From Anaerohalosphaeraceae bacterium (lineage in GTDB: Bacteria > Planctomycetota > Phycisphaerae > Sedimentisphaerales > Anaerohalosphaeraceae), in contig CAXXSL010000016.1 of the NCBI GenBank assembly GCA_963675525.2, positions 64,001 through 128,000 on the forward strand: 64,000 nt of DNA, in the 5' to 3' direction. The notes beneath the pieces are model-generated. The model was given only the letters and a program-made list of their open reading frames with translations. It ran no database searches and was not told the DNA's origin. The number at the start of each line of letters is the position of its first letter. The first letter of the stretch is position 1. This document shows positions 10,233 to 20,567 of the stretch, in pieces. The translations under genes were made by a program, and so were the position numbers.

Positions 10233-11869
10233 ATGCGCGTAAAAGTCCGAGAATTCTGGAATCATTCATTTACTTTTTTTTCATGCCTGTCAGTGGCACT
10301 GCTTGTGCTTGCGCTGTTGATCTTTCTGTTTCCAATGCTGGGAAAAGGTTTACCGGCGATTGTTTTTCGCGGAACGGTGGAATTTAGAAAGCTGCAGTAC
10401 GACCGCCATCACAGGGGCGATGAAGCGTCGCTGCAGAAAGAGATTGAAAAAACCGATCAGGTGCGTGCGGAAGTTTATGCCCTGCTCGATCAATTCAGCC
10501 GGGGCATTGACACAGAATCACTGGCCGATGAGGCCAAAGGCCTTTACCGTCAATATGGCGACGAACTGCGTTATCAGGAAGTTCCCAGAGACAGCAGTAC
10601 ACGGAACTGAGGGCAAAAGCTAAAGAGATTCGCAACCACCTGCTGGACGCCCTTGAAAGCACCGACAAGGAGCAGGATCAATGAGCATCTGGATGCCGTC
10701 CAGTCGCTTCAGCAGGATATTTTTTCCGGGACGGCGGTTGAAAAATTGTTTGCAATGGCCGCAGAATATGGGAAAATGATACAGACCGTCGACCTGTCGA
10801 AGCGAGCCGAATATGCCCAGGAACTGGCGGCCGTGAAGGAAGAGCTTACGATGCTGTTTGGTCCGCGTCCCGGCCAGGAACCGCCGCAACTGGCGCAGTT
10901 CCGGTATGGAGCGACGCGATGGGATGTCGCAAAAAAACACCTGGGTTTTTTGGTCTATGAGGAAAAATGGGCTCCCGCCGAAGACGGTCAATCGCTCATC
11001 AAAACAAAGGTGCGTAGAGACGACCCGAAAAACGGTTCATTTGCGGGCACGAAACTGGCACCGTTGTTTTCACTTGGTTGAAGACGATCTTGGCAGTGCC
11101 TTGAATCCGCGTCTGACATTTTACTGGCAGTACTTTTCTCGATGACAGCACGCCCGGCCATTACTTCGGCGGCGTCGGCCCGGAAGTGCTCGGAACCTTG
11201 CTGTTGACAATTCTGGCGATGTGTTTCGCCGTGCCGCTGGGCGTAATTTCCGCCGCTTATCTGGTCGAATACGCCGGCGACAACTGGATCGTCAAAATAA
11301 TTCGCATCTGTATCAATACACTGGCCGGAGTGCCAAGCATTGTCTACGGTCTTTTTGGGCTGGCGTTTTTTGTCCATTATGTCACCGGACAGCCCTGTAT
11401 TCTTATCGGCGTCCATGACGTTGGCGCTGTTGGTGTTGCCGGTGGTTATCCGGGCCAGTGAAGAGGCAATTCGTTCGGTGCCGCAGACCTATCGGGAAGC
11501 GGCGATGGGACTGGGAGCAGGCAAATTCAGGACATTCGTCACCGTCACAATGCCTGCGGCCGGACCGGGAATATTGACGGGCATTATTTTAAGCCTCAGC
11601 CGGGCGGCAGGAGAAACGGCTCCGATTCTCTTTGCCGGAGCGGTCGCATTGGGGCCGATTCCGAATTTCGCAGGGAAATGGTGGCTCCAGCCGACCCGGG
11701 CACTGTCCTACGGCTGCTATGATATTACCGTCGGCGATAAACTGGCGATGATGGTCCCCCACAACCAGTACGGCATGGTCATGACGCTGATCCTGCTGGT
11801 GCTGTGTTTGAACATAACGTGGCCATTGTCATTCGCTCCCGAATGAGCAGAAAATTGAGAGGGTATTAG
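10233..11869 (+). CDS. pstA: Phosphate ABC permease PstA with a large soluble insert; several frameshifts
   Basis: NTLAGVPSIVYGLFG, ASEEAIRSVP and SRAAGETAPI in successive frames; ends SRKLRGY*. Confidence 0.88.
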
Positions 11870-11871
11870 AC

Positions 11872-12799
11872 ATGCCGGCTCAATCGGATACAATAGAGAC
11901 TACTTAAGAAAAGCGAGCAGCCCAAAATGGATTCGATTCCGATCAGCAAACAATCAGAAACGCAAGGCCGGCCGGATAAAACTCGAATAGTCCGCAAAGT
12001 GCGTTTCGAGAGCATCGGAAAAGGAAATTCAGCCGGATAAAGGCGATCATCACCGCACGGGACTTCAGCTTTTTATTACGGCCAGAAGATGGGCGTTGAG
12101 ACAGATTACCATGGATATCGAGTCCGGCTCGGTGACGGCAATCATCGGGCCCAGCGGGTGTGGAAAAAGCACCTTTCTGCAGCAGCATCAATCGCATGAA
12201 CGACCTGATTCCGCAAACCCGGGCCGAAGGGCTGCTGGCGGTCGGCGGGCAGGATATTTATGACAAAAGCACCAACCTGGTGAATTTGCGCCAGCAGGTA
12301 GGCATGGTGTTTCAGCGGCCGAACCCGTTCGCCAAGACAATTTACGACAACATCACCTACGGACCGAAGACTGCAGGGTGTCCGCAACCGCGCCCGGCTG
12401 GAGGAAATCGTCGAAAAATGCCTCAAGGATGCTGCGATTATGGGACGAAGTGAAGGACGATCTGAACAAGTCGGCCCTGGCGCTGTCGGGCGGGCAGCAG
12501 CAGCGTCTGTGCATCGCCCGTTCGCTGGCGACCAAGCCGAAGGTCGTGCTGATGGACGAACCCTGTTCGGCGCTGGATCCCGCTGGCAACCGCCCGCATC
12601 GAAGATTTGATTGCGGAACTCAAAGGCAGCCTATACCATCGTGATTGTCACTCATAACATGCAGCAGGCCGCCCGCGTCAGCGACCGGACCGCCTTTTTC
12701 TGCATGGGCAAGTTGATCGAGTACGGCATGACAGATAGACTTTTTACCAATCCGCGGCAAAAAGCGACGGAAGATTATATCACAGGCCGGTTTGGATAA
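11872..12799 (+). CDS. pstB: Phosphate ABC ATPase PstB; several frameshifts; start uncertain
   Basis: [33 protein letters not shown] and [10 protein letters not shown] across frames. Confidence 0.9.
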
Positions 12800-12820
12800 T
12801 GATGAGAGATCGGAGTTCGT

Positions 12821-13486
12821 ATGACAATACACATGAAAAACGAAATTGAAAAATTGAAAAAGAAACTGCTGGCACTGTGCGCTCAGGTCGAAGAGCAGCT
12901 TTGGCAGGCCGTCAAGTCGGTTAAAGAACGCGATTATGAGTTAGCCCGCAAGGTGATTGACCATGACAGCATTATTGACGAAGAAGAGGTCAATATCGAA
13001 GAGGATTGTCTCAAAATTCTCGCGTTGTATCAGCCGGTGGCGATCGATCTTCGGTTTATCGTAACGGCGATGAAAATTAATAGCGACCTTGAGCGTATCG
13101 GCGACCTGTCCGTTAACATCGCCGAACGAAGCGAGTTTTTATCGCATCATGACCCGGTTAATGCGCCCTTTGATTTCGAACTCATGGCGGAGAAAACACA
13201 AGTTATGCTGCGAAAAAGCATCGATGCACTGGTCAATATCGATTGCGCACTGGCTCATGAAGTGTGCGAGATGGATGATGAAGTCGACGCCATCAACAAA
13301 CAGATGTACGATCTGGTCAAACAAAGTATTTTGAAACACCCGGAAAATATCGAAGGCCTGATCCATTTGCTGTCTGTCTCGCGACATCTTGAACGCATCG
13401 GCGATCATGCGACCAATATTGCCGAAGATGTTATTTACATGGCTGAAGGACGAATCATTCGCCACAAAACCGAAGAGTATCTGTAA
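12821..13486 (+). CDS. phoU: Phosphate signalling protein PhoU
   Basis: QPVAIDLR, DLERIGD and LERIGDHATNIAE motifs. Confidence 0.96.
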   Translation: MTIHMKNEIEKLKKKLLALCAQVEEQLWQAVKSVKERDYELARKVIDHDSIIDEEEVNIEEDCLKILALYQPVAIDLRFIVTAMKINSDLERIGDLSVNIAERSEFLSHHDPVNAPFDFELMAEKTQVMLRKSIDALVNIDCALAHEVCEMDDEVDAINKQMYDLVKQSILKHPENIEGLIHLLSVSRHLERIGDHATNIAEDVIYMAEGRIIRHKTEEYL

Positions 13487-13624
13487 ATTCTTATTGCTAT
13501 CCTGAACGACATTTCAAACTTTATGGGGAGTCTTACTTAACATCCACGACAGGATTTTTTGTAGGACTGAAGTACTCTAAGTTTAGATGTAGAAACGGCG
13601 ACCGGGATACGAAGTAGATAGGTC

Positions 13625-13757
13625 TGATCGCCAGTAAACGGATGATGGACACTTGACGAGAGGTTATAATGCCCCAATTTACAGGAGTGTCCATCATGGC
13701 AAAGTACCGAAAATACAGTAAAGAGTTCAAGTTACAGGCAGCAAAATTAGTTACAGA
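13625..13757 (+). mobile_element. IS3-family left-end remnant with truncated orfA
   Basis: Begins TGATC; ATG at 13696 reads MAKYRKYSKEFKLQAAKLV (IS3 OrfA-type start); 12-bp inverted repeat 13642-13653/13686-13697 covers the RBS and start codon. Confidence 0.75.
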
Positions 13758-13823
13758 ATTTCACACAATATACATAGAGGTTAATAATAAAAATATAGGC
13801 TCCTATTGTACATTGTGTGAAAT
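13758..13823. repeat. 66-bp element with terminal inverted repeats (MITE-like)
   Basis: ATTTCACACAAT...ATTGTGTGAAAT perfect 12-bp ends, extending imperfectly to about 22 bp. Confidence 0.55.
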
Positions 13824-13968
13824 GGAATAAAGACGCTGTAACAGCCAAGAAAGGAGACCTCAAAATGGGCGTGACCATCAACAAGCGGAAACCGGACTAA
13901 AATATTGAAAGTCAGCGAAAAGCCCATCCTCGTTCGATGTTATAGAATACACAAGCATTTATGATGAC

Positions 13969-16542
13969 TTAAGGTGGATTGCCGATAACTGCTGAACTTT
14001 CCTGGATGCGTCTCAGATTTTCTCTGAGTTTCAACTGGAGATCCTCGTCTCCCTTTGACCGGGCCAGGGCCAGGGCCTTTTGGACAGTGGATATCGCTTC
14101 ATCAATTCTGCCTGCAGCAGCATAAGCAGCCGCCAGTGTATCCATCATCAATGGATCCTGATACGCCGTAAGCTCACACGCCTTTTGCGCAAGCTGAATT
14201 GCTTCCGGAGGATTTCGCAGCGACGGATCCGATGCGGTTGCCAGAGTCCAGGCGAGATTGTTGAATCCCGGCGGAAACTCCGGCTGCAACTCAATCAAAC
14301 GGCGGTAGTGAGTAATGGCCTGGGCTGGATGACCCCGGTCAGCCAGCATGATGCCCAGGTGATAGTGCGAACTGGCATCATCCGGATTGTTCTGCAGGAC
14401 ATGGCGATACTGGACAATCGCCTCATCGAATTGATCAATTTGTTTTAATGCATTCCCCAGATTAAAGAGCGCATCCGTATTGTCTGGATCAATCTGCAGG
14501 ACACGGCGATACTGGACAATCGCCTCATCCCATTGACCGGCTCTTGCGAACGCATTTCCGATATTATTGTATATCTTCACATTGTCGGGATCGATCTGCA
14601 GGGCATGGCGATAGTGCATGATCGCCTCGTTCAATAGACCGTTTTCGATAATGCTAAGCCCAGATTAATCTGCGCATTTGCATCGTCAGGATTGATCTGA
14701 AGGACACGACGATACTGGGTAATGGCCTGATCCCACTGACCGGTCTCTATGAACGCGTTTCCCAGATTATAGTACGCATCCGCATAGGCAGGGTCAATCT
14801 GAAGAACACGGCGGAAGTGATTCATCGCTTCATCCAATTGACCGATATCGAGTAAGGCATTCCCCAGATTGTTATGCGCATCCGTATAGTCAGGATTGAT
14901 CTGCAGGGCACGGTGATAGAGATTTATCGCCTCGTCCAATTGACCGATTTTCGATAACCCAAGGCCCAGATTATTGTATATCTTCACATTGTCGGGATCG
15001 ATCTGCAGGGCACGGCGATACTGGACAACCGCCTCATCAAACTGGCCATCCTTTACAAATGCTAAACCAAGATTATTGTACGCATCTGCATTGTCAGGAT
15101 CGATTTGCAGGGCGCGGCGATAATGAATGATCGCCTCTTCCAATGGACCGGTTTTCGATAATGCTAAGCCCAGATTATTGTACGCATCTGCATTGCCGGG
15201 ATCAATCTGCAGGACACGGTGAAAATGATTCATCGCCTCTTCCAATTGACCGCTATCGAATAAGGCGTTCCCCAGATTGTTATGCATAATATAATTATTC
15301 TCGGTCACCCGGATCGCACGACTACACAGGGAAATACTGTCCGTCCAGTACTGAAGCTGGTTTCGTGTGCCGGCAAACATCGCCGCCAGCAGCAGGATCG
15401 CCGTCACGACGGAAACAGACCGTAAGGCCGGTCGTTTTTGGCAAATATCGCTGACTGCCCACGCCGCTATGACACATAGTCCGATCAACGGAATGTACGT
15501 ATAACGGTCAGCGAGACACTGGACTCCGACCTGCACCAGTCCTACAACAGGTATCAGCGTACCGACATACCACAGCCAGCCGACTGCGACGTATCGCTTG
15601 CGGCGTATTAACAGTAGTGCAAATACGGTCACAGTCATCAGCACGATGCATGACAGAATGGATTGCCATCCGGGAATCTGTTTCAGCGGGTACAACACGG
15701 CCAGACGAACCGGCCAGACCATCTTGACGATATAAGCAATGTAGGAAACCGCCGCATTCGACAGCCGAGCCGCGAACGGCAGAGTTTGCATATCCCAAAC
15801 CGCTTCGCCGGCTCTTTGCGCGATAAAGGTCACGATACATGACGCCGCCGACAGAACCAAAAACGGTATCTTTTCTGCAATCCGGGCGCGAGCCGATTCC
15901 CGGTCAAGGCGATTCAGCGGCCAAAAATCCAAGAGCAGCAGCACAAGCGGCAGCGTCACGAGCATCGGTTTCGCCAGCAAACCGAGTCCGAAGGAAAGCA
16001 GGGTTGCCAGGTAAATGCCCCCGGCTGCGTGTGTGGGTATAGCGGAGATAACAGGCCATCGTCAGGAACCAGAAAAGGGCGCTTAAGACATCTTTGCGCT
16101 CGGCAATCCAGGCGACGCTTTCAACGTGAAGCGGATGAATGGCAAACACCGCGGCCACAAACGCACTGGGCCCAAGCCGGCCGGTCATGGAAACCAGGAC
16201 CCAACACAGAAGCATCACACTGGCGGTATGGATCAAAAGGTTGGTCAGATGATGAAGGCCTGCGTTCTGACCGAAAAGTTCGCAGTCGAGCATATGGCTC
16301 AGCCACGTCAGGGGATGCCAGTTCCCGGCGTGACCAACGCTCGAAAAAGCCCATTGGATACCTTCAAGGGACAGCCCTTTAAGAACATAAGGGTTCTCTG
16401 TAACATATAAATCATCGTCATAGTTAAGAAAACCACAGCCCTGCACGGGCCAGTAAGCCGCCAGCGTAACAATGGCCAGAATCAGACAGGTCAAAAATAC
16501 ACGGCTGGCCGGTAAAGATGTCAGATACGGATTTCTGTTCAT
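13969..16542 (-). CDS. TMTC-like multi-pass membrane protein (putative GT-C glycosyltransferase) with long TPR array; two frameshifts (~16020, ~14640)
   Basis: YDDDLYV, WHPLTWLSH, HPLHVESVAWIAERKD, KPMLVTLP and ADRYTYIP motifs; 34-aa NNLG repeats. Confidence 0.85.
14270..15290 (-). repeat. About ten tandem 102-bp TPR-coding repeats
   Basis: Recurrent cccagattattgta / atctgcagg blocks at 102-bp spacing; boundaries approximate. Confidence 0.85.
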
Positions 16543-17406
16543 TTCGAATAGAGGATTGAATTCATCATTCTAATTTCACGAATACACGTCAAAACACAAT
16601 GGACTACTTAAACCATCGACAATCCTATCAAAGGCTCGTTGCCGGGTCAAGAATATTCGAAGACCAATGACTTGGACGCCAACATTTCTACCATTAGGTT
16701 CCCAAATTAGAGATGTAATTGCATACTTGTTCCTGGGTTCTTCCTCCGGGGGTTCGAGTCCTAATGCTGAAAACTCTGGCGTAAAAGAGTTAGACGACCC
16801 AAACGATATTTTTTTAGTAGATGCTTTCGAAGGGATTTCCTGAAAACACCTCCAGGCTCAGAGAGGAAGAGCGAGAACGGCCTGATAATCCTCATAAATA
16901 TTATCTTGACAATATGCCGATTTTATACTGTTAATCCCGAGGCTTTTCCTAACAGAACAATTACTGTTGACCCGAACGCATATCTGGTAAAGAGACTTCC
17001 ATAATTTGGACGCGATAGCCCCGCCGTTCTCTTACACATATCATAACAAAATAAGACGTTTATGGGATTTGTCCCATTAATTTAAGGAATAAGGCTCATG
17101 GAAAAAATACCGCACATCCAATTTAATCTCGCAATCCTCGCATTTTTGTTTGCCGGAATGTAGCAGAAAAGTAAGAATATTGTTGAAAAAGCACCGGCAG
17201 CGGATTAAATAGCTTCTGAGGAATACACGAACTTAAGAACGCAGTAATTGCTCGAAAAATGGACCGTTTGGGTGAACTTTGAGTCTAAAATCGCCGATAA
17301 GGGCCATGTATATAGGGATACAGGTATGCAGCCATATAAGGCCAAAGGGGCAGGGCCGATAAAAATAGCGTTAAGTGTTAAATGTGAAATATAACGAGTT
17401 GGATGG

Positions 17407-17441
17407 CTAAGGACTGAAGACTAAGGACTAAGGACTAAAAA
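17407..17441 (+). repeat. Heptamer tandem repeat (CTAAGGA, about 5 units) directly before clpP
   Basis: CTAAGGA CTGAAGA CTAAGGA CTAAGGA CTAAAAA. Confidence 0.8.
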
Positions 17442-17443
17442 AT

Positions 17444-18109
17444 ATGCATTATCCATTGATCGGTAAACATCAGGAACAAATGAACCACATGGTCGAGCCG
17501 CGGGTCCAGCAGGGGTATCAGCGGATGCGCGAGATGACGCTGGACGATATGTTGCTGGAAAATCGTATCGTCTTTATGATCGGCGAAATCAACTACCGCA
17601 TGGCCACCGAGGTCATCATGAAACTGCTGTACCTGGACAACCTCAAACGCGGCGTAGAGATCAGCCTGTATATTAACTCCCCCGGCGGCAGCGTCGATGA
17701 CACCATGGCGATTTATGACACCATGCGGTTTATCGGTTCGCCGGTAGCGACGTATTGCATCGGACGCGCTCAGTCGGGTGCGGCAATTATTCTCGCCGCA
17801 GGCTCCGAGGGCCGCCGGCACGCCCTGCCGCATGCCAAGGTCATGCTGCATCAACCCTGGGGCGGCGTAACGGGACAGGCCGAAGACATCCGTATTCAGG
17901 CCGAGGAAATCGGCAAAGCCAAGCAGACGATCATCGAACTGCTGAGCAAGCACACCGGGCTGACGCCGGAAAAAATCGCCGAGGAAACCGAACGCGATAA
18001 ATACATGACGGCCCAGCAGGCCAAAGAGTACGGTCTGATCGATGATGTGCTGCACGAACAGGAAGACAGTAACAAAGACAAAGATAAGGACAAAACAGAA
18101 AACAAATAA
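17444..18109 (+). CDS. clpP: ATP-dependent Clp protease proteolytic subunit (paralogue 1)
   Basis: YINSPGG, GRAQSG (Ser), MLHQP (His), ERDKYM. Confidence 0.93.
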   Translation: MHYPLIGKHQEQMNHMVEPRVQQGYQRMREMTLDDMLLENRIVFMIGEINYRMATEVIMKLLYLDNLKRGVEISLYINSPGGSVDDTMAIYDTMRFIGSPVATYCIGRAQSGAAIILAAGSEGRRHALPHAKVMLHQPWGGVTGQAEDIRIQAEEIGKAKQTIIELLSKHTGLTPEKIAEETERDKYMTAQQAKEYGLIDDVLHEQEDSNKDKDKDKTENK

Positions 18110-18127
18110 CCCTAACGAGGAATCATC

Positions 18128-18757
18128 ATGGCATTGAATAGTCATTTAGTACCGATAGTGATCGAACAGAGCGGCCGCGGCGAGCGGGCCTATGATATTT
18201 ATTCGCGCCTGCTCAAAGACCGTATCATTTTTCTCGGCGGCGGCGTCGATGACGATGTAGCCAATCTCATCATTGCACAGATGCTGTTTTTGAGCAATGA
18301 GAACGATGAGGCGGATATCCACTTTTATATCAATTCCCCCGGCGGCGTCATCACCTCGGGACTGGCCATCTATGACACCATGCAGTTTTTGCGGTGCGAA
18401 GTATCGACCTATTGCGTTGGGCAGGCGGCGAGCATGGGGTCTGTGCTGTTTGCCGGCGGTGCCAAAGGCAAACGCTATATGCTGCCGAACAGCCGGATTC
18501 TGCTGCACCAACCGCTGATCTCCGGCGTGATGCAGGGACCGGCCACCGACCTTGAGATCGAAGCCAAAGAGATCTTGCGGCTGCGCGAACGGCTGTATGA
18601 AATTCTTTCCACTCATACCGGCAAAGACGCCAAAAAAATCGAGAAAGACTGCGACCGAAACCTCTGGCTGGAAGCTCAGGAGTCCATCGACTACGGACTG
18701 GCCGACCAAGTCCTGAAGAAAGCCCCTCATGTTGCCAAAGAGGATGACAAAAAATAA
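18128..18757 (+). CDS. clpP: ATP-dependent Clp protease proteolytic subunit (paralogue 2)
   Basis: [29 protein letters not shown]. Confidence 0.96.
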   Translation: MALNSHLVPIVIEQSGRGERAYDIYSRLLKDRIIFLGGGVDDDVANLIIAQMLFLSNENDEADIHFYINSPGGVITSGLAIYDTMQFLRCEVSTYCVGQAASMGSVLFAGGAKGKRYMLPNSRILLHQPLISGVMQGPATDLEIEAKEILRLRERLYEILSTHTGKDAKKIEKDCDRNLWLEAQESIDYGLADQVLKKAPHVAKEDDKK

Positions 18758-18766
18758 CGAATTCAT

Positions 18767-18796
18767 AAGCCTGTCCGAAAACAGGCTTTTCTTTTT
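18767..18796 (+). terminator. Intrinsic terminator after clpP2
   Basis: AAGCCTGT-ccgaaa-ACAGGCTT followed by a T-rich tract. Confidence 0.8.
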
Positions 18797-18823
18797 CAAA
18801 AAAAGAAACCGGGAGAATCGGGC

Positions 18824-19426
18824 ATGACGAAATGGATCTTAAGATGCATCATTGTCACACTGGCAGTCGTCCTGACGGGTGGATGCGGCATTGGCAAAAA
18901 CCCGCTTTTGGGTGATATCGACAACTTGAAAAACGAAAACACCGAATTGTCCCTGAAAGTTCAATCGCTCCAACAGGAAAATGTCCAACTCACCGACCAG
19001 GTCAATACGCTTTCGTCGCTGGATAAAGACGTCCGGCTGAACAGCCTGGATACACTCGATAAAATTCGCATCGCTAAACGCACCGGCTTGTATGACAAAG
19101 ACGAAGATGGTACCCGCGAAACATTGGCCGTGTACATTGAGACACTGGACACCGCGCAGGACTTTATCAAAGCTGTCGGCACCGCGCAGGTTGAACTATG
19201 GGATCTGGACGCCAACCCGACCGCGGCAAAGCTGGCCGAATGGTCGCTGACACCCGAACAACTGCACCCGCTCTGGGGCGGCAACGTCTTCGCAGGCTAT
19301 TACCGCCTTTCCTTCCCGGTCGCCGGCATCGTAACCGGCCAGGAGAAAACATTGACCGTCAAGGTCACCTTTACCGACACGCTGAGCGGCAAAGTGCTCC
19401 GTGACCAGACAACCATCGAACGGTAA
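18824..19426 (+). CDS. Hypothetical lipoprotein with short coiled coil
   Basis: GGGAGA RBS; lipobox-like LTGGC. Confidence 0.75.
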   Translation: MTKWILRCIIVTLAVVLTGGCGIGKNPLLGDIDNLKNENTELSLKVQSLQQENVQLTDQVNTLSSLDKDVRLNSLDTLDKIRIAKRTGLYDKDEDGTRETLAVYIETLDTAQDFIKAVGTAQVELWDLDANPTAAKLAEWSLTPEQLHPLWGGNVFAGYYRLSFPVAGIVTGQEKTLTVKVTFTDTLSGKVLRDQTTIER

Positions 19427-19442
19427 TCGCTCCCTGTAGATG

Positions 19443-19625
19443 TTACAGTTCATTGTCTCTCCACGGACACTTTCTCAACCATTCATCCCGAATGTCCTGC
19501 GCGCTTTTTCTCCGGCCGGGGCAGTCGGATATCGAGCCGCCCGAGTTCCAGATGCATTGCCAGAGTTTTTTCAGCAATCTCCAGCAACTGCTTTTTTCAT
19601 TTTGTTCGTTTCTGGGTGTCTTCAT
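19443..19625 (-). CDS. Small Cys/Trp-rich hypothetical protein (60 aa)
   Basis: AGGAGA RBS before the ATG; lies downstream of the putative attenuator. Confidence 0.55.
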   Translation of the reverse strand: MKTPRNEQNEKSSCWRLLKKLWQCIWNSGGSISDCPGRRKSAQDIRDEWLRKCPWRDNEL

Positions 19626-19708
19626 GTTCGTCTCTCCTGGGTCTTCTAATGTTCTTAAATATCAATTGCCTCTTATCTGTTTCGAAGGGGATACGTGTTT
19701 TAGGCAAT

Positions 19709-19747
19709 AAAAAAAGCCTTCCGGGGATCGAATCCCTGGAAGGCTTT
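19709..19747 (-). terminator. Intrinsic terminator / attenuator hairpin
   Basis: GCCTTCCAGGGA-TTCGA-TCCCCGGAAGGC followed by T7 on the minus strand. Confidence 0.85.
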
Positions 19748-19775
19748 ATAAAATACAAATAATGAAAGACTTACA

Positions 19776-19916
19776 TTAGGGTTCGTCCTCCTGAACAAAA
19801 CGGATCAGGCCTGTCGGCAGCGGGCGATTAAATGCCACAATCCAATCCACCTTGTCGGCGCGCATCATCAGCGAGGTATGCTGGCAATAACCAAAACTAA
19901 ATCGGTGTAAGCTCAT
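19776..19916 (-). CDS. Putative 46-aa leader peptide ending ...VQEDEP*
   Basis: GAGG RBS; MSLHRFSFGYCQHTSLMMRADKVDWIVAFNRPLPTGLIRFVQEDEP; last codons are complementary to the downstream hairpin. Confidence 0.6.
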   Translation of the reverse strand: MSLHRFSFGYCQHTSLMMRADKVDWIVAFNRPLPTGLIRFVQEDEP

Positions 19917-20123
19917 TGTTTCCTCACTGTACGCTTTCGAACCTTGTCTTTATTTTGCGAAAAAATTCTCACTACACGTAATGAGTCGTAAAATCAAGAA
20001 ATTGTTTCAACAAAAATGTTGATTTTTGATTTTTTTTACTGGATTGGGAATAATCCCCTCCGCATCTTCAGTAAAAACACCGAAAGAATCGCAGATAGTA
20101 TGATGGGACCATGCAAGGATCGC

Positions 20124-20483
20124 TTATCCGCCGGCATATTTGACGGTATAGCCTTTGGCGGTGAGCACCTCGAAGAGTTTATCGCGATGGTCGCCCTGAA
20201 TTTCGACGGCGCCATCTTTGACAGTTCCGCCGCAACCGCATTGGGCCTTAAGTTCCCGGGCAAGCTGTTTCAGTTCCGGCAACTTCATCGGCAGACCGGT
20301 AATGACCGTTACCCCCTTGCCCTTGCGGCCTTTGGTTTCTCTCGAAATGCGAACGATACCGTCTCCGGCGGGGATGGATTCCTCGATTGAGCAAATGCAG
20401 GCATCCATCGCCCTGCCGCAATCGGGACACATCCGCCCATGATCGGTCGAATAAACGAGTCCGTTCTTTTTGTCTGACATCAT
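20124..20483 (-). CDS. yciH: SUI1/YciH translation initiation factor homologue
   Basis: LVYSTD, GRKGKGVT, CGCGGTVKDG, EIQGDHR. Confidence 0.95.
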   Translation of the reverse strand: MMSDKKNGLVYSTDHGRMCPDCGRAMDACICSIEESIPAGDGIVRISRETKGRKGKGVTVITGLPMKLPELKQLARELKAQCGCGGTVKDGAVEIQGDHRDKLFEVLTAKGYTVKYAGG

Positions 20484-20503
20484 AAATCCTTTTCAACTCA
20501 ATA

Positions 20504-20542
20504 AAAAAAGCTCTCGGCATTATAACCATGCGGAGAGCTTTT
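20504..20542 (-). terminator. Probable terminator after fusA
   Basis: AAAAGCTCTC...GAGAGCTTTT inverted repeat with a T run on the minus strand. Confidence 0.7.
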
Positions 20543-20567
20543 GGAATTGGTATTTATTGTTTACGCT

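Noticed and set aside
9235..12799. Programmed frameshifting or phase variation in pstCAB
   Set aside because: Too many breaks, and they are not at slippery heptamers or long homopolymers; sequencing error is more parsimonious.
16748..16763. tRNA suggested by a T-arm-like GGGGGTTCGAGTCC
   Set aside because: No acceptor, D or anticodon stems could be built around it.
16576..17031. Minus-strand frame of ~150 codons with one internal TGA (16858-16860): possible selenoprotein or pseudogene
   Set aside because: No start codon, RBS or recognisable motif; cannot be supported without a search.
17444..18109. Catalytically dead ClpR-like subunit
   Set aside because: Ser (AQSG), His (LHQP) and Asp (AEDI) all appear to be retained.
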